The notes below the pieces were generated by a model. That model was given only the letters and a program-made list of their open reading frames with translations, was not told the DNA's origin and searched no databases. From IMG/VR virus record IMGVR_UViG_3300044630_002233, positions 7,787-71,786 of that record: a stretch of 64,000 nucleotides of DNA. One strand, written 5' to 3'. Shown here piece by piece: positions 8,352 to 17,477 of the stretch. This DNA comes from a virus (lineage: Duplodnaviria > Heunggongvirae > Uroviricota > Caudoviricetes). The translations under genes were made by a program, and so were the position numbers. Position 1 is the stretch's first letter; every line of letters begins with the position of its first letter.

Positions 8352-8633
8352 TTAACAGTCCCATGCTTTTCTAGACCAGTAATTTGCGCTAGTCTTATCG
8401 GTTAAATTTCCCTGACCAGAAGATCTTGCACAATAAGATTTCTTGCGGTTAGGATTATTCTTCTTAATACTTAAAGTTTTATCCCCGAAGTTTACTTTTT
8501 GCGCTTTACCGTCGCCATCTGGATCAACATATACCTTCGACTTCTTAACATCACCAGCCATTGGTTTGTTAAGTGGTACAGTCTTACCTTGATAGGTAGC
8601 TTCGTTTAGTAGGAACTCTTTAAATGTTATCAT
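8352..8633 (-). CDS. hypothetical protein (93 aa) with a CTS-like N-terminus
   Basis: MITFKEFLLNE start; contains VYVDPDGDGKAQKVNFGD. Confidence 0.4.
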   Translation of the reverse strand: MITFKEFLLNEATYQGKTVPLNKPMAGDVKKSKVYVDPDGDGKAQKVNFGDKTLSIKKNNPNRKKSYCARSSGQGNLTDKTSANYWSRKAWDC

Positions 8634-11404
8634 TTTGTGTACTTACTATGAGATAGTCTTGCTTTTTCGATCTGACGAACACGTGGAGCCAATTTCATCG
8701 CAATTCTATTTAACACTGGTTTCATCTTAGCGATGCGTTGCTCTAGACGTTCTTTCTCAGCAACTGATAGAGAAGCCAATGGTTTCTTAGCAATACGTTG
8801 CTTGATTGCTTTAATAGCAAGTCTACGTGCACGAGTGTTAATTACAGATTGTGGAGAAGATCTCTTTAAAGCAACTTTCGCTTTTGCCATACGTTTAGAT
8901 TTAGATCTAGCGAAACGTGTCTTTGCTTTAATGCGTTCTAGTCTTGAAAGAACTTCATTCAACGCTTCTTCTTTTAGGCTGTCTTCTAGTTCTTCACCTG
9001 TTTCATCATCAACAATAGCCAACTCTTCATCATCATATCCGTCAAGAATATCTTCCCAATCGTTGTGTTGGTTAACAATGTCATCAATCTCTTTATCGCT
9101 TAAACTAAATTCTTCAACTTCTTCTGAGAAACGATCATTACCTACAGATCTTTTTTCTCCTGGACCATCAGATCCAATCTTAATTAAACGAGAAGGATGT
9201 TTCTTTCCATCTTTACCCATTTTCTCATCAGCTGCTACAACATATCCCTCTTCAACTTCTTCTTTGCGATACTTAGAATATTCTTTTTCTAAATCTAGTT
9301 TACGTTGCTTAACGTGCTCTTGATCCACATCTTTGTTCATTGACAATTGATGTAGTGTTTTACTTTTCTCTTTGTAATCACCGTGTGGGTCTTTTGCGTT
9401 TAAAGCTGTTTCGCTTAAATCAAATTCTTCTTTTACGTTATGCTTGATATTGAAACTGTTGTCTCTGCGAACAGTTCCAAGATGCTTAGCACCTAATTTG
9501 TTTAGAGAGTTGCGACCACTAGCATTCATTGTGTGGTTTACATCATAGCTACCAGATTTATGTTTGTAGATTTCAATACCATCATCTGGATCTCTATGAG
9601 TTTTAACTTTATCGCTCGCATACTTCATTGCAGATTTTAAATCTTTGAAGTTTTCTTTTATGTTTTCTTTTTCTTGCTCATGCTTTTTAGATAGTGTTTC
9701 TTTTTCTCTAGCATGTTTTGCAGCAAGAGCAGCCTTAGCAACTTCACGAGCAAGTTTCTTAGGATCTCCGTTGGCTTCGCCTAAAGAATAGCGAACTTTT
9801 TGTTTTCTTAGGTTATCGTTTTCTGGTTGATTGTGTAAGGTTTCACCAACCTTAGTCATGTTTCTTTCTAACCAATCTGGGATACCATCATTGTCTGTAT
9901 CCACTTCAGTCATTCTACCTTCAGTATCATAGCTGAGTAACTTATTATAGTATGCTTCTTTTAATTTTTGTGGCATTAAGTTTGTATCAAACTCAATACC
10001 GATATCAGTTGCCATCTTCAACATACGTCTTAGGATTTCATATGACTCAGCATTCAATGCTTTGTTCTTAATCTTACGCAATCCCATGTTAACAATCTGC
10101 TCTGGGTTTGTTGTAGCTTCAACATTATCAACACCAAGTGTAGTAGCAATAATTCTAGCTGCTTTAATTTGATCAGCAGAACTTGGTTTTAATGTTTTGT
10201 TTGTTAGGTTTTCAATTACAGTACCAGTTACTTTAACAGAATCATTCATCTCTTCTTTACCTGCTTCTTTATAGTCAGACGCAAGTTTTTCGATATGGTC
10301 GCCATGCGTTTTTAAATAGTTGTCATGGTGTTCTGCTTGACCCATCTTAGCAAGATGCTCTCTTGCTCTATCCATATGAACTTTGACATTGTTGACTACT
10401 TCGGGGGATGCTTGTCTTGTTGCAATCGCAGCCTTAAGATGTCCAAGGTATTCGTCAACTTCTTTCATTGCGTGTAGAATATCTACAGCACTTGCGTCGC
10501 CTGAGTGGATACTAGTGTTGAACGCATCAACAACTGAAGTATCTAAGTCGAAGTGTTTAGTTGTGTAGCCTTGCCAGCTAACTTGATTGTGATCTTCTGG
10601 ATTTTCAAAATCTTCTTGAAGATACACGTCTTTAATCCAACGAGTAAATTTCACGTCTGTTCCTTCTTCTGTTAATAGTAGATGATTTGAACCACGTTTA
10701 ACGACAACGCATTGTTTATTCTCACAAACAACAACGTCACCAACATTAAAGATCTCACCACGGAAATATTTTTCACGTAGGTCATCAACTGTTATATTTA
10801 ATGATTCTTTAACTGGCGCAAGGTCATACGCTTTGCGAATCTCATTCATCAATCTGCGTGCATCCAAGTCGGTAAGAGTTTTAGGAACACCCTTTTTAAA
10901 CTCAGAGAACTTTCCAGCCTTTGCTGCTTCACGCATCTTTGTACCTGACATACCTGTAGCGTTATCTGAATCTGGATCCCTTTCACCAGCAGAAACTACA
11001 GTAACGGTATCAAAGTTGAATTCAGTTCCGTTATACTTTTCTAAAATCTTTTTGTATTCTGCGATACGGTCGCTACCTGCAACCATAACAATATTCTTGT
11101 AACGCTTGTTTAATTCTTTGGCAGCTTCGATAAATGTTCTTACTTGTTCGTTGGCTGCTTTAAAATTAGCTCCAGGAAACATACGCTGGAGGTAATATAC
11201 TTTACGGGAAACTGGGAGTGGGTTTTGCTTCTTGTCTTCAGTCTTAGAAGCATAAATGACATGGTCTGCTCCCTGAGCAGACGCAACTTTTTGAACAGCT
11301 TTTACTAAGAGTTCGTGTCCTGTGGTTGGTGGCTGGAAGCGACCAAACGCAAATACAACCTTCTTGGAAGGCAACTCTTTAATTAGTTGTCTATATTTCT
11401 TCAT
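8630..11404 (-). CDS. NadM-type nucleotidyltransferase (NMNAT superfamily) fused to an ~750-aa charged C-terminal region
   Basis: N-terminal FGRFQPPTTGHELL (archaeal NMNAT GRFQPFHKGH motif) and MSGTKMRE (equivalent to ISST/SGTEIR). The C-terminal ~750 aa are Lys/Glu-rich and low-complexity. The N-terminus MKKYRQLIKELP is like the T4 internal-protein targeting motif. Confidence 0.6.
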   Translation of the reverse strand: MKKYRQLIKELPSKKVVFAFGRFQPPTTGHELLVKAVQKVASAQGADHVIYASKTEDKKQNPLPVSRKVYYLQRMFPGANFKAANEQVRTFIEAAKELNKRYKNIVMVAGSDRIAEYKKILEKYNGTEFNFDTVTVVSAGERDPDSDNATGMSGTKMREAAKAGKFSEFKKGVPKTLTDLDARRLMNEIRKAYDLAPVKESLNITVDDLREKYFRGEIFNVGDVVVCENKQCVVVKRGSNHLLLTEEGTDVKFTRWIKDVYLQEDFENPEDHNQVSWQGYTTKHFDLDTSVVDAFNTSIHSGDASAVDILHAMKEVDEYLGHLKAAIATRQASPEVVNNVKVHMDRAREHLAKMGQAEHHDNYLKTHGDHIEKLASDYKEAGKEEMNDSVKVTGTVIENLTNKTLKPSSADQIKAARIIATTLGVDNVEATTNPEQIVNMGLRKIKNKALNAESYEILRRMLKMATDIGIEFDTNLMPQKLKEAYYNKLLSYDTEGRMTEVDTDNDGIPDWLERNMTKVGETLHNQPENDNLRKQKVRYSLGEANGDPKKLAREVAKAALAAKHAREKETLSKKHEQEKENIKENFKDLKSAMKYASDKVKTHRDPDDGIEIYKHKSGSYDVNHTMNASGRNSLNKLGAKHLGTVRRDNSFNIKHNVKEEFDLSETALNAKDPHGDYKEKSKTLHQLSMNKDVDQEHVKQRKLDLEKEYSKYRKEEVEEGYVVAADEKMGKDGKKHPSRLIKIGSDGPGEKRSVGNDRFSEEVEEFSLSDKEIDDIVNQHNDWEDILDGYDDEELAIVDDETGEELEDSLKEEALNEVLSRLERIKAKTRFARSKSKRMAKAKVALKRSSPQSVINTRARRLAIKAIKQRIAKKPLASLSVAEKERLEQRIAKMKPVLNRIAMKLAPRVRQIEKARLSHSKYTK

Positions 11405-11456
11405 TTTTACCCATCTATAAAATATTACTTTATCTATTATTTAGTCAATCTAGACT

Positions 11457-12695
11457 TTAATATATCTCTCGCCATTGCATTCCAACACCAACAGTAGTAC
11501 TTTGAGTACCTAGATTTGTAGCTACTAGAACATAAATCTCTGAGTCTGTAGAATCATAGTTCTGAACAATATAGTTTTTCTTGGCTGATGAAGGTAGATC
11601 TGGTCCTGGAGCACCACCAGCTTTAAGAGCACCTTGCGTAGAAGCACCGACCCATCCTGCATCGATACAATCACCCTCAGTATATGCCGTAGCATCCACA
11701 CAATACTCAACTCCACTATCATCATCGACTGGAGTCCATGTTGTTTCGGTTAAATTAGATGTGTTAGGTAACTTAATCAATTTCCAACCGATATTCTCAC
11801 CACTACTAAAAACAGACAAATTACCCATACGAACAATCATTCTATTTTTATAGGTTCTAAAGGCATTCTTTAAACGAATCGCCATGATTGGTAGAGTCTG
11901 CCCAGAAGTAAGAGTTCTTGGAATGTTTGCTTGCGCCCAATCGGTTCCAGCTTCAACATACCCACCCTCTGACATAACAGTAGAACAGATTTGATCAAAG
12001 TAACCACCAGCAGTTGTTCCCACATTAACAAGTTCGCAACGGATAGGTAGGTTTGGATTACTCATATAAACTGTTGGCAAATTATTGCTGTTGTTAAATG
12101 CATGAGCGATTACGTATTGCCCATCATGAACAAAACCACAACGAACTCTACCAACACCAAGCCATTGAAAGTCAATCCAAAATAATTGCGTTTTGGTTAT
12201 ATCTAAATTGAAAGCACTAGATCCAGTACCATCACACTTATCTCCATTCCATTGAGACTGAGGTATTCTTCTTTCTGTTGGCGCACCAGTAACATAAGTT
12301 CTAACAACAATGTTTAGTGTACCATCACCTGTTTGTTCAAAATAGATACCATCATTATCATCAAAATACCCTGTTCGTTTAGTTACGTTTGGGACTGCAG
12401 TATAAAAGTTAAAACTAGAAAGGATAACCTGACTTTTTCCAGGCATGTAATGATGATAGAATTTGCTTTGATGAACAAGTCTTGAGTTTGGATTGTTTGA
12501 AGTTGTTAATCTTGCGCATGCTTGATTGGGTTGAAACGATAGTGTTGCACCATTAACAGCATAATCAATAAAGTTTGGATCTAAACCAAAGATGTGTTTA
12601 TAATCACCAAGCGTATATGGTTCACTGGTGCGTCCTCTTCCAAACGCATCAACATTTTGACTCTCCTGAAATAAATACGTCATACTATTCTCCAA
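11457..12695 (-). CDS. hypothetical protein (412 aa), possibly virion-associated beta-rich protein
   Basis: Long ORF with no recognisable catalytic motif. Confidence 0.4.
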   Translation of the reverse strand: MENSMTYLFQESQNVDAFGRGRTSEPYTLGDYKHIFGLDPNFIDYAVNGATLSFQPNQACARLTTSNNPNSRLVHQSKFYHHYMPGKSQVILSSFNFYTAVPNVTKRTGYFDDNDGIYFEQTGDGTLNIVVRTYVTGAPTERRIPQSQWNGDKCDGTGSSAFNLDITKTQLFWIDFQWLGVGRVRCGFVHDGQYVIAHAFNNSNNLPTVYMSNPNLPIRCELVNVGTTAGGYFDQICSTVMSEGGYVEAGTDWAQANIPRTLTSGQTLPIMAIRLKNAFRTYKNRMIVRMGNLSVFSSGENIGWKLIKLPNTSNLTETTWTPVDDDSGVEYCVDATAYTEGDCIDAGWVGASTQGALKAGGAPGPDLPSSAKKNYIVQNYDSTDSEIYVLVATNLGTQSTTVGVGMQWREIY

Positions 12696-13363
12696 CCATC
12701 TCTATAAATCATCTGTATACCACCGTTGTCTATTTTTAAGATAAATCCGTTTGGATCATTATCAACATTTCCGTGAACAATTATTGGAAATTTTGAACAT
12801 CTTCCAGATTCATCTTTGATTATAAGGTATCTACCATTCTTAACAATAGAAGGTAAAGTTAATGTTACTGTGCCAGCATAATTTACGCCAATATAATAAT
12901 CTTTTCTACCAACTGTATATGAAGGTGTTGTTACTAGCGTTGTTGGGTGATCTAGGTTTACTACGTCACCAGCGCCACCACCTGGACCAGCGTTTTGTAT
13001 TTTAGCGATCCACTGCTCAAGAAATTTTATTTTAGCATCAACAGTTTTAAATTGTTTTGTTAATGGATCTACTGGAGCTGCAATACCAGCTGGTGTGCTT
13101 AGATACTTATCAATATTTGGTATCTGTAGTTCTGGTGGTGTAACACCGACTGGAGTTGGTATTGGTGTTTCTTCTAGTAGAGTTGGATTTTCTTCTACAA
13201 GTTTTTCTTTATGTTTTTGTAGAGAAGCCAACTCCTCAAACAATACACTCAAATCAGATTGAATGTTTTCTTTTACTTCCTTGATAATCTTATGCTCTGG
13301 ACTTTTCTCTTTAGCCTCACGCATAAGACTGACTAAATCATTTAGACTGCTCATCGCTGCCAA
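12680..13363 (-). CDS. hypothetical protein (227 aa), N-terminal coiled coil plus C-terminal beta domain
   Basis: ORF overlaps its neighbours by a few nt on the same strand. Confidence 0.4.
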   Translation of the reverse strand: MAAMSSLNDLVSLMREAKEKSPEHKIIKEVKENIQSDLSVLFEELASLQKHKEKLVEENPTLLEETPIPTPVGVTPPELQIPNIDKYLSTPAGIAAPVDPLTKQFKTVDAKIKFLEQWIAKIQNAGPGGGAGDVVNLDHPTTLVTTPSYTVGRKDYYIGVNYAGTVTLTLPSIVKNGRYLIIKDESGRCSKFPIIVHGNVDNDPNGFILKIDNGGIQMIYRDGWRIV

Positions 13364-14580
13364 CCTTTGATAATTTCTGGCGAGAAGTTTGCCTTACTAA
13401 ACTCTAAGCGATCAACGATCTTTACTGCGCCACCACGCAAGTGGTCAATAGCAACAAACCCTTCTACGCCAGTCGTCTTGAATCCATTAGCAGTCTTTAA
13501 GAAAGTCTTCATAGATCCAGCTTTATTCATCTTGGCGATAATCAATTTCTTGGCTTCAGTCAAAACATTAGCCAACTCAAATACGCTCTCGATAGACTTC
13601 CTGTCATTGTTTGCAAAGAAAGCCATTACAGCTTTGCGCTTTTCGTTGACACCAGCCTTACCTTTTTCTGTCTTCAACTTATCCATGTCTTTCTGATATT
13701 TCCCATGGATATAATCAAACAACTCATCAACGTGTTTCTTTGGATTAGAGATAGTTTCTCCAGCACGCACCTTGGAGTTATTGAAAGTCTTGACCAATGT
13801 AAGCAACTCGGTATTGTTAGAAATGCTGTTTAGAGTATTAGCATTAATAGACTTGAACAACACACCTGCTTTTGATAGTAGGGAAGTTACTTCAGTAGTT
13901 TCTGATTCCGTAAAGGTAGCAGTTCCAGAAACATCTTTGTAGTTGGCGTCATCCATCCAGATTGAACCAACCTTGTTAAATTTGTCAACAATACCTTTAC
14001 CGAAAGTAGCCTTCATTGTTTCAAACGAACTACCTTCATATGTAGTATGCCAAACAACACCAATCTTAGCAGCACGTAGTTTAGTGGCAAGAGGACTATC
14101 ATATGGAACAGCGTATACAATAGTGTTAGGATGGAAGGTTACATACTTCTTACCATCAATCGTTTCTGTTTTCAAATCGTTAGTGAACATCAAGTCGCCT
14201 TGATAAACACCAGACTTGATGCCCAACTTCTTAAACTCTGCCAATGCAACTTTCAGTTTAGCTGCCAAGTCGCCTTCAGTATCCGCATCGATTTCTTTTG
14301 GTGTCTTATAAACCTTTGGCTCTTTATTGAAGACACCTTTCTTTGCTACAAAGAATTTGCCATCACGTGGATCAATACCAGCAAATACAGCTGGCGCACC
14401 GTCCCACTTAACAGTAGTAGTAATTTTTGACTTGCTATTACCAGCCAACATATCACGCAAGTCTTGTAGGAAGTTAATTGCTTTACGTGTACCCAGAACA
14501 CCTTCGTTGAAGATTAAATCCTCAACGTGTTCCATATGGGTATTCTTTTCTTCTCTAATATACTCTTTTAAGTTTAACAT
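13351..14580 (-). CDS. rnlA: RNA ligase 1 (T4 RnlA-like) nucleotidyltransferase
   Basis: Motif I TVKWDGAP (KxDG), and motifs IV/V EGFVAIDHLRGGAVKIVD aligning with T4 RnlA EGYVAVMKDGSHFKIK. CTS-like start MLNLKEYIREE. Confidence 0.55.
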   Translation of the reverse strand: MLNLKEYIREEKNTHMEHVEDLIFNEGVLGTRKAINFLQDLRDMLAGNSKSKITTTVKWDGAPAVFAGIDPRDGKFFVAKKGVFNKEPKVYKTPKEIDADTEGDLAAKLKVALAEFKKLGIKSGVYQGDLMFTNDLKTETIDGKKYVTFHPNTIVYAVPYDSPLATKLRAAKIGVVWHTTYEGSSFETMKATFGKGIVDKFNKVGSIWMDDANYKDVSGTATFTESETTEVTSLLSKAGVLFKSINANTLNSISNNTELLTLVKTFNNSKVRAGETISNPKKHVDELFDYIHGKYQKDMDKLKTEKGKAGVNEKRKAVMAFFANNDRKSIESVFELANVLTEAKKLIIAKMNKAGSMKTFLKTANGFKTTGVEGFVAIDHLRGGAVKIVDRLEFSKANFSPEIIKGWQR

Positions 14581-15194
14581 TATTTCACCAACTTTATTTG
14601 TCCATCAGGTAAAGCGAAGTAGGCATTAAACCTAATCATCGGAAACTCTCTACCTAATTTTAGGAATTCTTTTAGGTTGCTCATGCTGTCATCAAACAGA
14701 GCAACTCTTGAAAATTGTTTAGTCTTTAAATACTCACGAATAATAATCGCCTTCTTAACAGCAGGGATATTATTGTCTTCCATATTACCAGCACGTTCAA
14801 CACGAACCTTGTCAATATCGAAACCATGCTTACGGAAGGTTGCTAGAAATTTGTCACGATTATCAAAGTTCGCTCTAGCAGTAACAATGATAACTTTGTT
14901 CAAAGGGTTTCTGTCTGTAGCGGAAACCAACTTGCTTGCTGTATTTAGCATCTTAGCGATTGGCTTCGATTCTTTATAAAACTTGGCAGCATCTTTGAAT
15001 TCAGAAAAATCGAAGGACTCACCAGCCCCAAGTTTGTAATTATTAAACTCTTGGTTGGTCAGCTTCTTTAGGACTGCGCCATCTTTTTTAACAGCGATCT
15101 GGGCAGTGGTATGGAAGAGGGTGTCGTCAATATCGAATATGGATAGACGACCCAGCGTTTCTTCTTCTTTTAGTAGATATTCTTTAAACCTCAT
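14580..15194 (-). CDS. HAD-family phosphatase (polynucleotide 3'-phosphatase-like)
   Basis: HAD motif I FDIDDTLFH, motif II IIVTAR, and motif IV ALFDDS. No P-loop kinase domain is present. Confidence 0.55.
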   Translation of the reverse strand: MRFKEYLLKEEETLGRLSIFDIDDTLFHTTAQIAVKKDGAVLKKLTNQEFNNYKLGAGESFDFSEFKDAAKFYKESKPIAKMLNTASKLVSATDRNPLNKVIIVTARANFDNRDKFLATFRKHGFDIDKVRVERAGNMEDNNIPAVKKAIIIREYLKTKQFSRVALFDDSMSNLKEFLKLGREFPMIRFNAYFALPDGQIKLVK

Positions 15195-15200
15195 ACCTTT

Positions 15201-15229
15201 ATTATACCTGAATTCTGAATTATTGTAAA
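15201..15229 (-). promoter_or_regulatory. Early sigma70-like promoter (TTTACA-N17-TATAAT)
   Basis: Minus strand reads TTTACAATAATTCAGAATTCAGGTATAAT. The -10 ends 6 nt before the ATG at 15194, so the mRNA may be leaderless. Confidence 0.6.
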
Positions 15230-15235
15230 GTATTC

Positions 15236-15252
15236 CCCTACGGTTTGTAGGG
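15236..15252 (-). terminator. Stem-loop CCCTAC-N5-GTAGGG immediately upstream of the early promoter (PeSL-like cassette)
   Basis: Inverted repeat read from the sequence. The same hairpin-plus-promoter arrangement recurs at 35.5 kb and 38.05 kb. Confidence 0.5.
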
Positions 15253-15263
15253 TTATTATTTTA

Positions 15264-16688
15264 TTAACTAACCTTGTAGTGGACAGAGGAAAAGGCATTC
15301 ATTTTCTTCGCTGCCAGATACATTTTTTTGTATATCGCTGCAGGGTTTGACGCTGTTTCTAATGCGTAAATATAATACAAAAGAACCACTGCTCGTTTGA
15401 CTTCATATTCTGACATCACATCAGTCATACCAGAAACCTTAACCATTTTGAATTGATCCTTAGCTACGTAGGCAGCAAATTTCTCATAGAACTTTTGATT
15501 ACCCATAGCCTTAATTTGAACAGCAACAGTTCCTGCTACTTTCGATACTTTCTTCATATCATCAGTTACAGTAATCATTCCTGGGAATTGAGTATTTAAC
15601 ATGTCTCTAGAAATAGCGCCATCCCAAACTTTGGCTGTCTCTGGTTGCCCTTCGCCATATGTATTAAGTTCATTAGATTTACCACGTGGTCTAAATCTAA
15701 ATCTGTAATTTACATCATCTTTAAACACTTTAAATTGGGGAAGTATATCGAAATAAGAATTAGAAACTTTATACTCGAACTTTTTCCATGGTTTGGTATA
15801 ATTGATGTTCTTAATGTATTTTGCATCAGTCTCAATCTTAGAAATTGTAGCCTTTGGACCAGCAACCTTTTTCAGAGAGATACCAATAATTTCTTTAGAA
15901 ATAAATTTATCTTCAACAAATTTGTTTAGGTCATCGATACCAGCACTCTCAGCGAGAAGTTTTTTATAAAGCGCATCAACAGTTGTTCCTAACTTTGATA
16001 TGCTTGTTTTCTTAACTGCCCATATATCTGATGGGTTCCAGTTATCTTTACTATCAGGAAGAACTTTTGGATCAGTTATTTGATTTAGAAAAGCAGGTTT
16101 CTTCGGATTACTGTCACGATAGAATTCATAACTTTTCATGCTAGACTTTGGTATAACAGTTAGAATAGCATTGATAGTTTTCTCAAAGGACTCATGCCAT
16201 GTTTTATCAAAATCAAACTTAACTGTCTTATTGATTAAATCTTTGGTTGGCATTTTGCCATTGTTAGCGATATACTCCAGACAGAATCTAGTTCCATCTT
16301 CTTGTTGAGCAGTTGTAGGTGTTTTAGAAGAAAGCGCATTGCCTTCCTGATCTATAACATTCTTGTAACCACCACCAGATTTATAGATGTTTACTTTATC
16401 TGCGCCAACTGTAATTAAAAACTTATTGTCTTTTTGATCAGTTACCTTAGCAGTTTTGATTGTGCTGATCTCAGAGATAGCAGCGATAAAACTTTTGGGG
16501 TCAACAATTTTTAACATTGGAACCCCACCTGTTATTTTCCCATCATCTGTTTCGAGAAAGGTAACAGCAGCAAAATCTTTTAATTTAGGAATGATGACTT
16601 TTAATGCTGGCTTCTTATCCACCAGCATATTAAATCCTGCCTTACCCTGAAAATATAACTTTGCCATGCGCCCTCTTATAACAGTCAA
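15264..16688 (-). CDS. hypothetical protein (474 aa)
   Basis: Long ORF with no clear motif. A possible PD-(D/E)xK-like stretch, PSDIW...EIIGISLKK, is weak. Confidence 0.45.
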   Translation of the reverse strand: MTVIRGRMAKLYFQGKAGFNMLVDKKPALKVIIPKLKDFAAVTFLETDDGKITGGVPMLKIVDPKSFIAAISEISTIKTAKVTDQKDNKFLITVGADKVNIYKSGGGYKNVIDQEGNALSSKTPTTAQQEDGTRFCLEYIANNGKMPTKDLINKTVKFDFDKTWHESFEKTINAILTVIPKSSMKSYEFYRDSNPKKPAFLNQITDPKVLPDSKDNWNPSDIWAVKKTSISKLGTTVDALYKKLLAESAGIDDLNKFVEDKFISKEIIGISLKKVAGPKATISKIETDAKYIKNINYTKPWKKFEYKVSNSYFDILPQFKVFKDDVNYRFRFRPRGKSNELNTYGEGQPETAKVWDGAISRDMLNTQFPGMITVTDDMKKVSKVAGTVAVQIKAMGNQKFYEKFAAYVAKDQFKMVKVSGMTDVMSEYEVKRAVVLLYYIYALETASNPAAIYKKMYLAAKKMNAFSSVHYKVS

Positions 16689-16694
16689 TATAAA

Positions 16695-17414
16695 CTATTT
16701 AGGTCGTTTACATGCACGAAGTTTTCGTTCGTACTTTCGATCCCACTTAGAAACCTGCTGAATTATCTTTGGTATGGCTTCGTTGTTACGGAAGTCATAG
16801 TCAAATGTTCTGAGGATGTAGTGGAGGGTTTTAGAATCACGTTTCTTTTTACAACGTGTCAGCAGTTCGCTGATAGTGATGTTGGGTCGTTTTATTTTAA
16901 AGTCGAGATAAACGCAATGAGCATATGCTTGAATCTCATCAAACTCAGAAAGGTATTTTCTCTCTTCGGTTTTCTTTGATGTCTTGGCTTTCTTGTAAGG
17001 AACAACATACCCAGACCATTCATCGCCACGTCTATCATATTGCATGAAGTGTATCAACTCATGCATCTGTGTCTGGATCAATCTATACTTGAAAGATTCC
17101 CATGCTTCGTCAGTAAACTGGAATTTGTTATAGTCTTTCTTGCCGTGGATTATCAGAGTACATTGTCTAAACTCCGCATCATATTCACCACCGACAGCCA
17201 TGTAGTTCTCATATACTTTGGCTTTTGAAAGTTCTGGTCGCCACTCTATTTTGGTGCGCCATTTTTTGAAGTAATTTGTTAGACCTCTTTTATCGTTGCG
17301 ATACTTGTCTAGGTCTACCCACACTTTTGCAGGAATGAGTTTGGCTCTAAATGGACGCTCATAAAAATTGAGCATCTCCATCCAATCGAAGTTGAGTTCT
17401 TTGAGGAAGCGCAT
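16695..17414 (-). CDS. putative zinc metallopeptidase (HExxH)
   Basis: Single HELIH motif (TQMHELIHFMQYD); the protein is basic. Confidence 0.4.
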   Translation of the reverse strand: MRFLKELNFDWMEMLNFYERPFRAKLIPAKVWVDLDKYRNDKRGLTNYFKKWRTKIEWRPELSKAKVYENYMAVGGEYDAEFRQCTLIIHGKKDYNKFQFTDEAWESFKYRLIQTQMHELIHFMQYDRRGDEWSGYVVPYKKAKTSKKTEERKYLSEFDEIQAYAHCVYLDFKIKRPNITISELLTRCKKKRDSKTLHYILRTFDYDFRNNEAIPKIIQQVSKWDRKYERKLRACKRPK

Positions 17415-17477
17415 GGTAAAATTATACTCCCCGTGGCAAAGTTAGAGTCCACCACATATTTAGGGTTTAGCATAATT

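Noticed and set aside
8630-11404. Nudix box in the 924-aa protein (RKEEVEEGY), which would make it a NatV-like NMNAT-Nudix enzyme.
   Set aside because: The stretch does not fit G-x5-E-x7-REUXEEXGU; no upstream Gly/Glu spacing is present.
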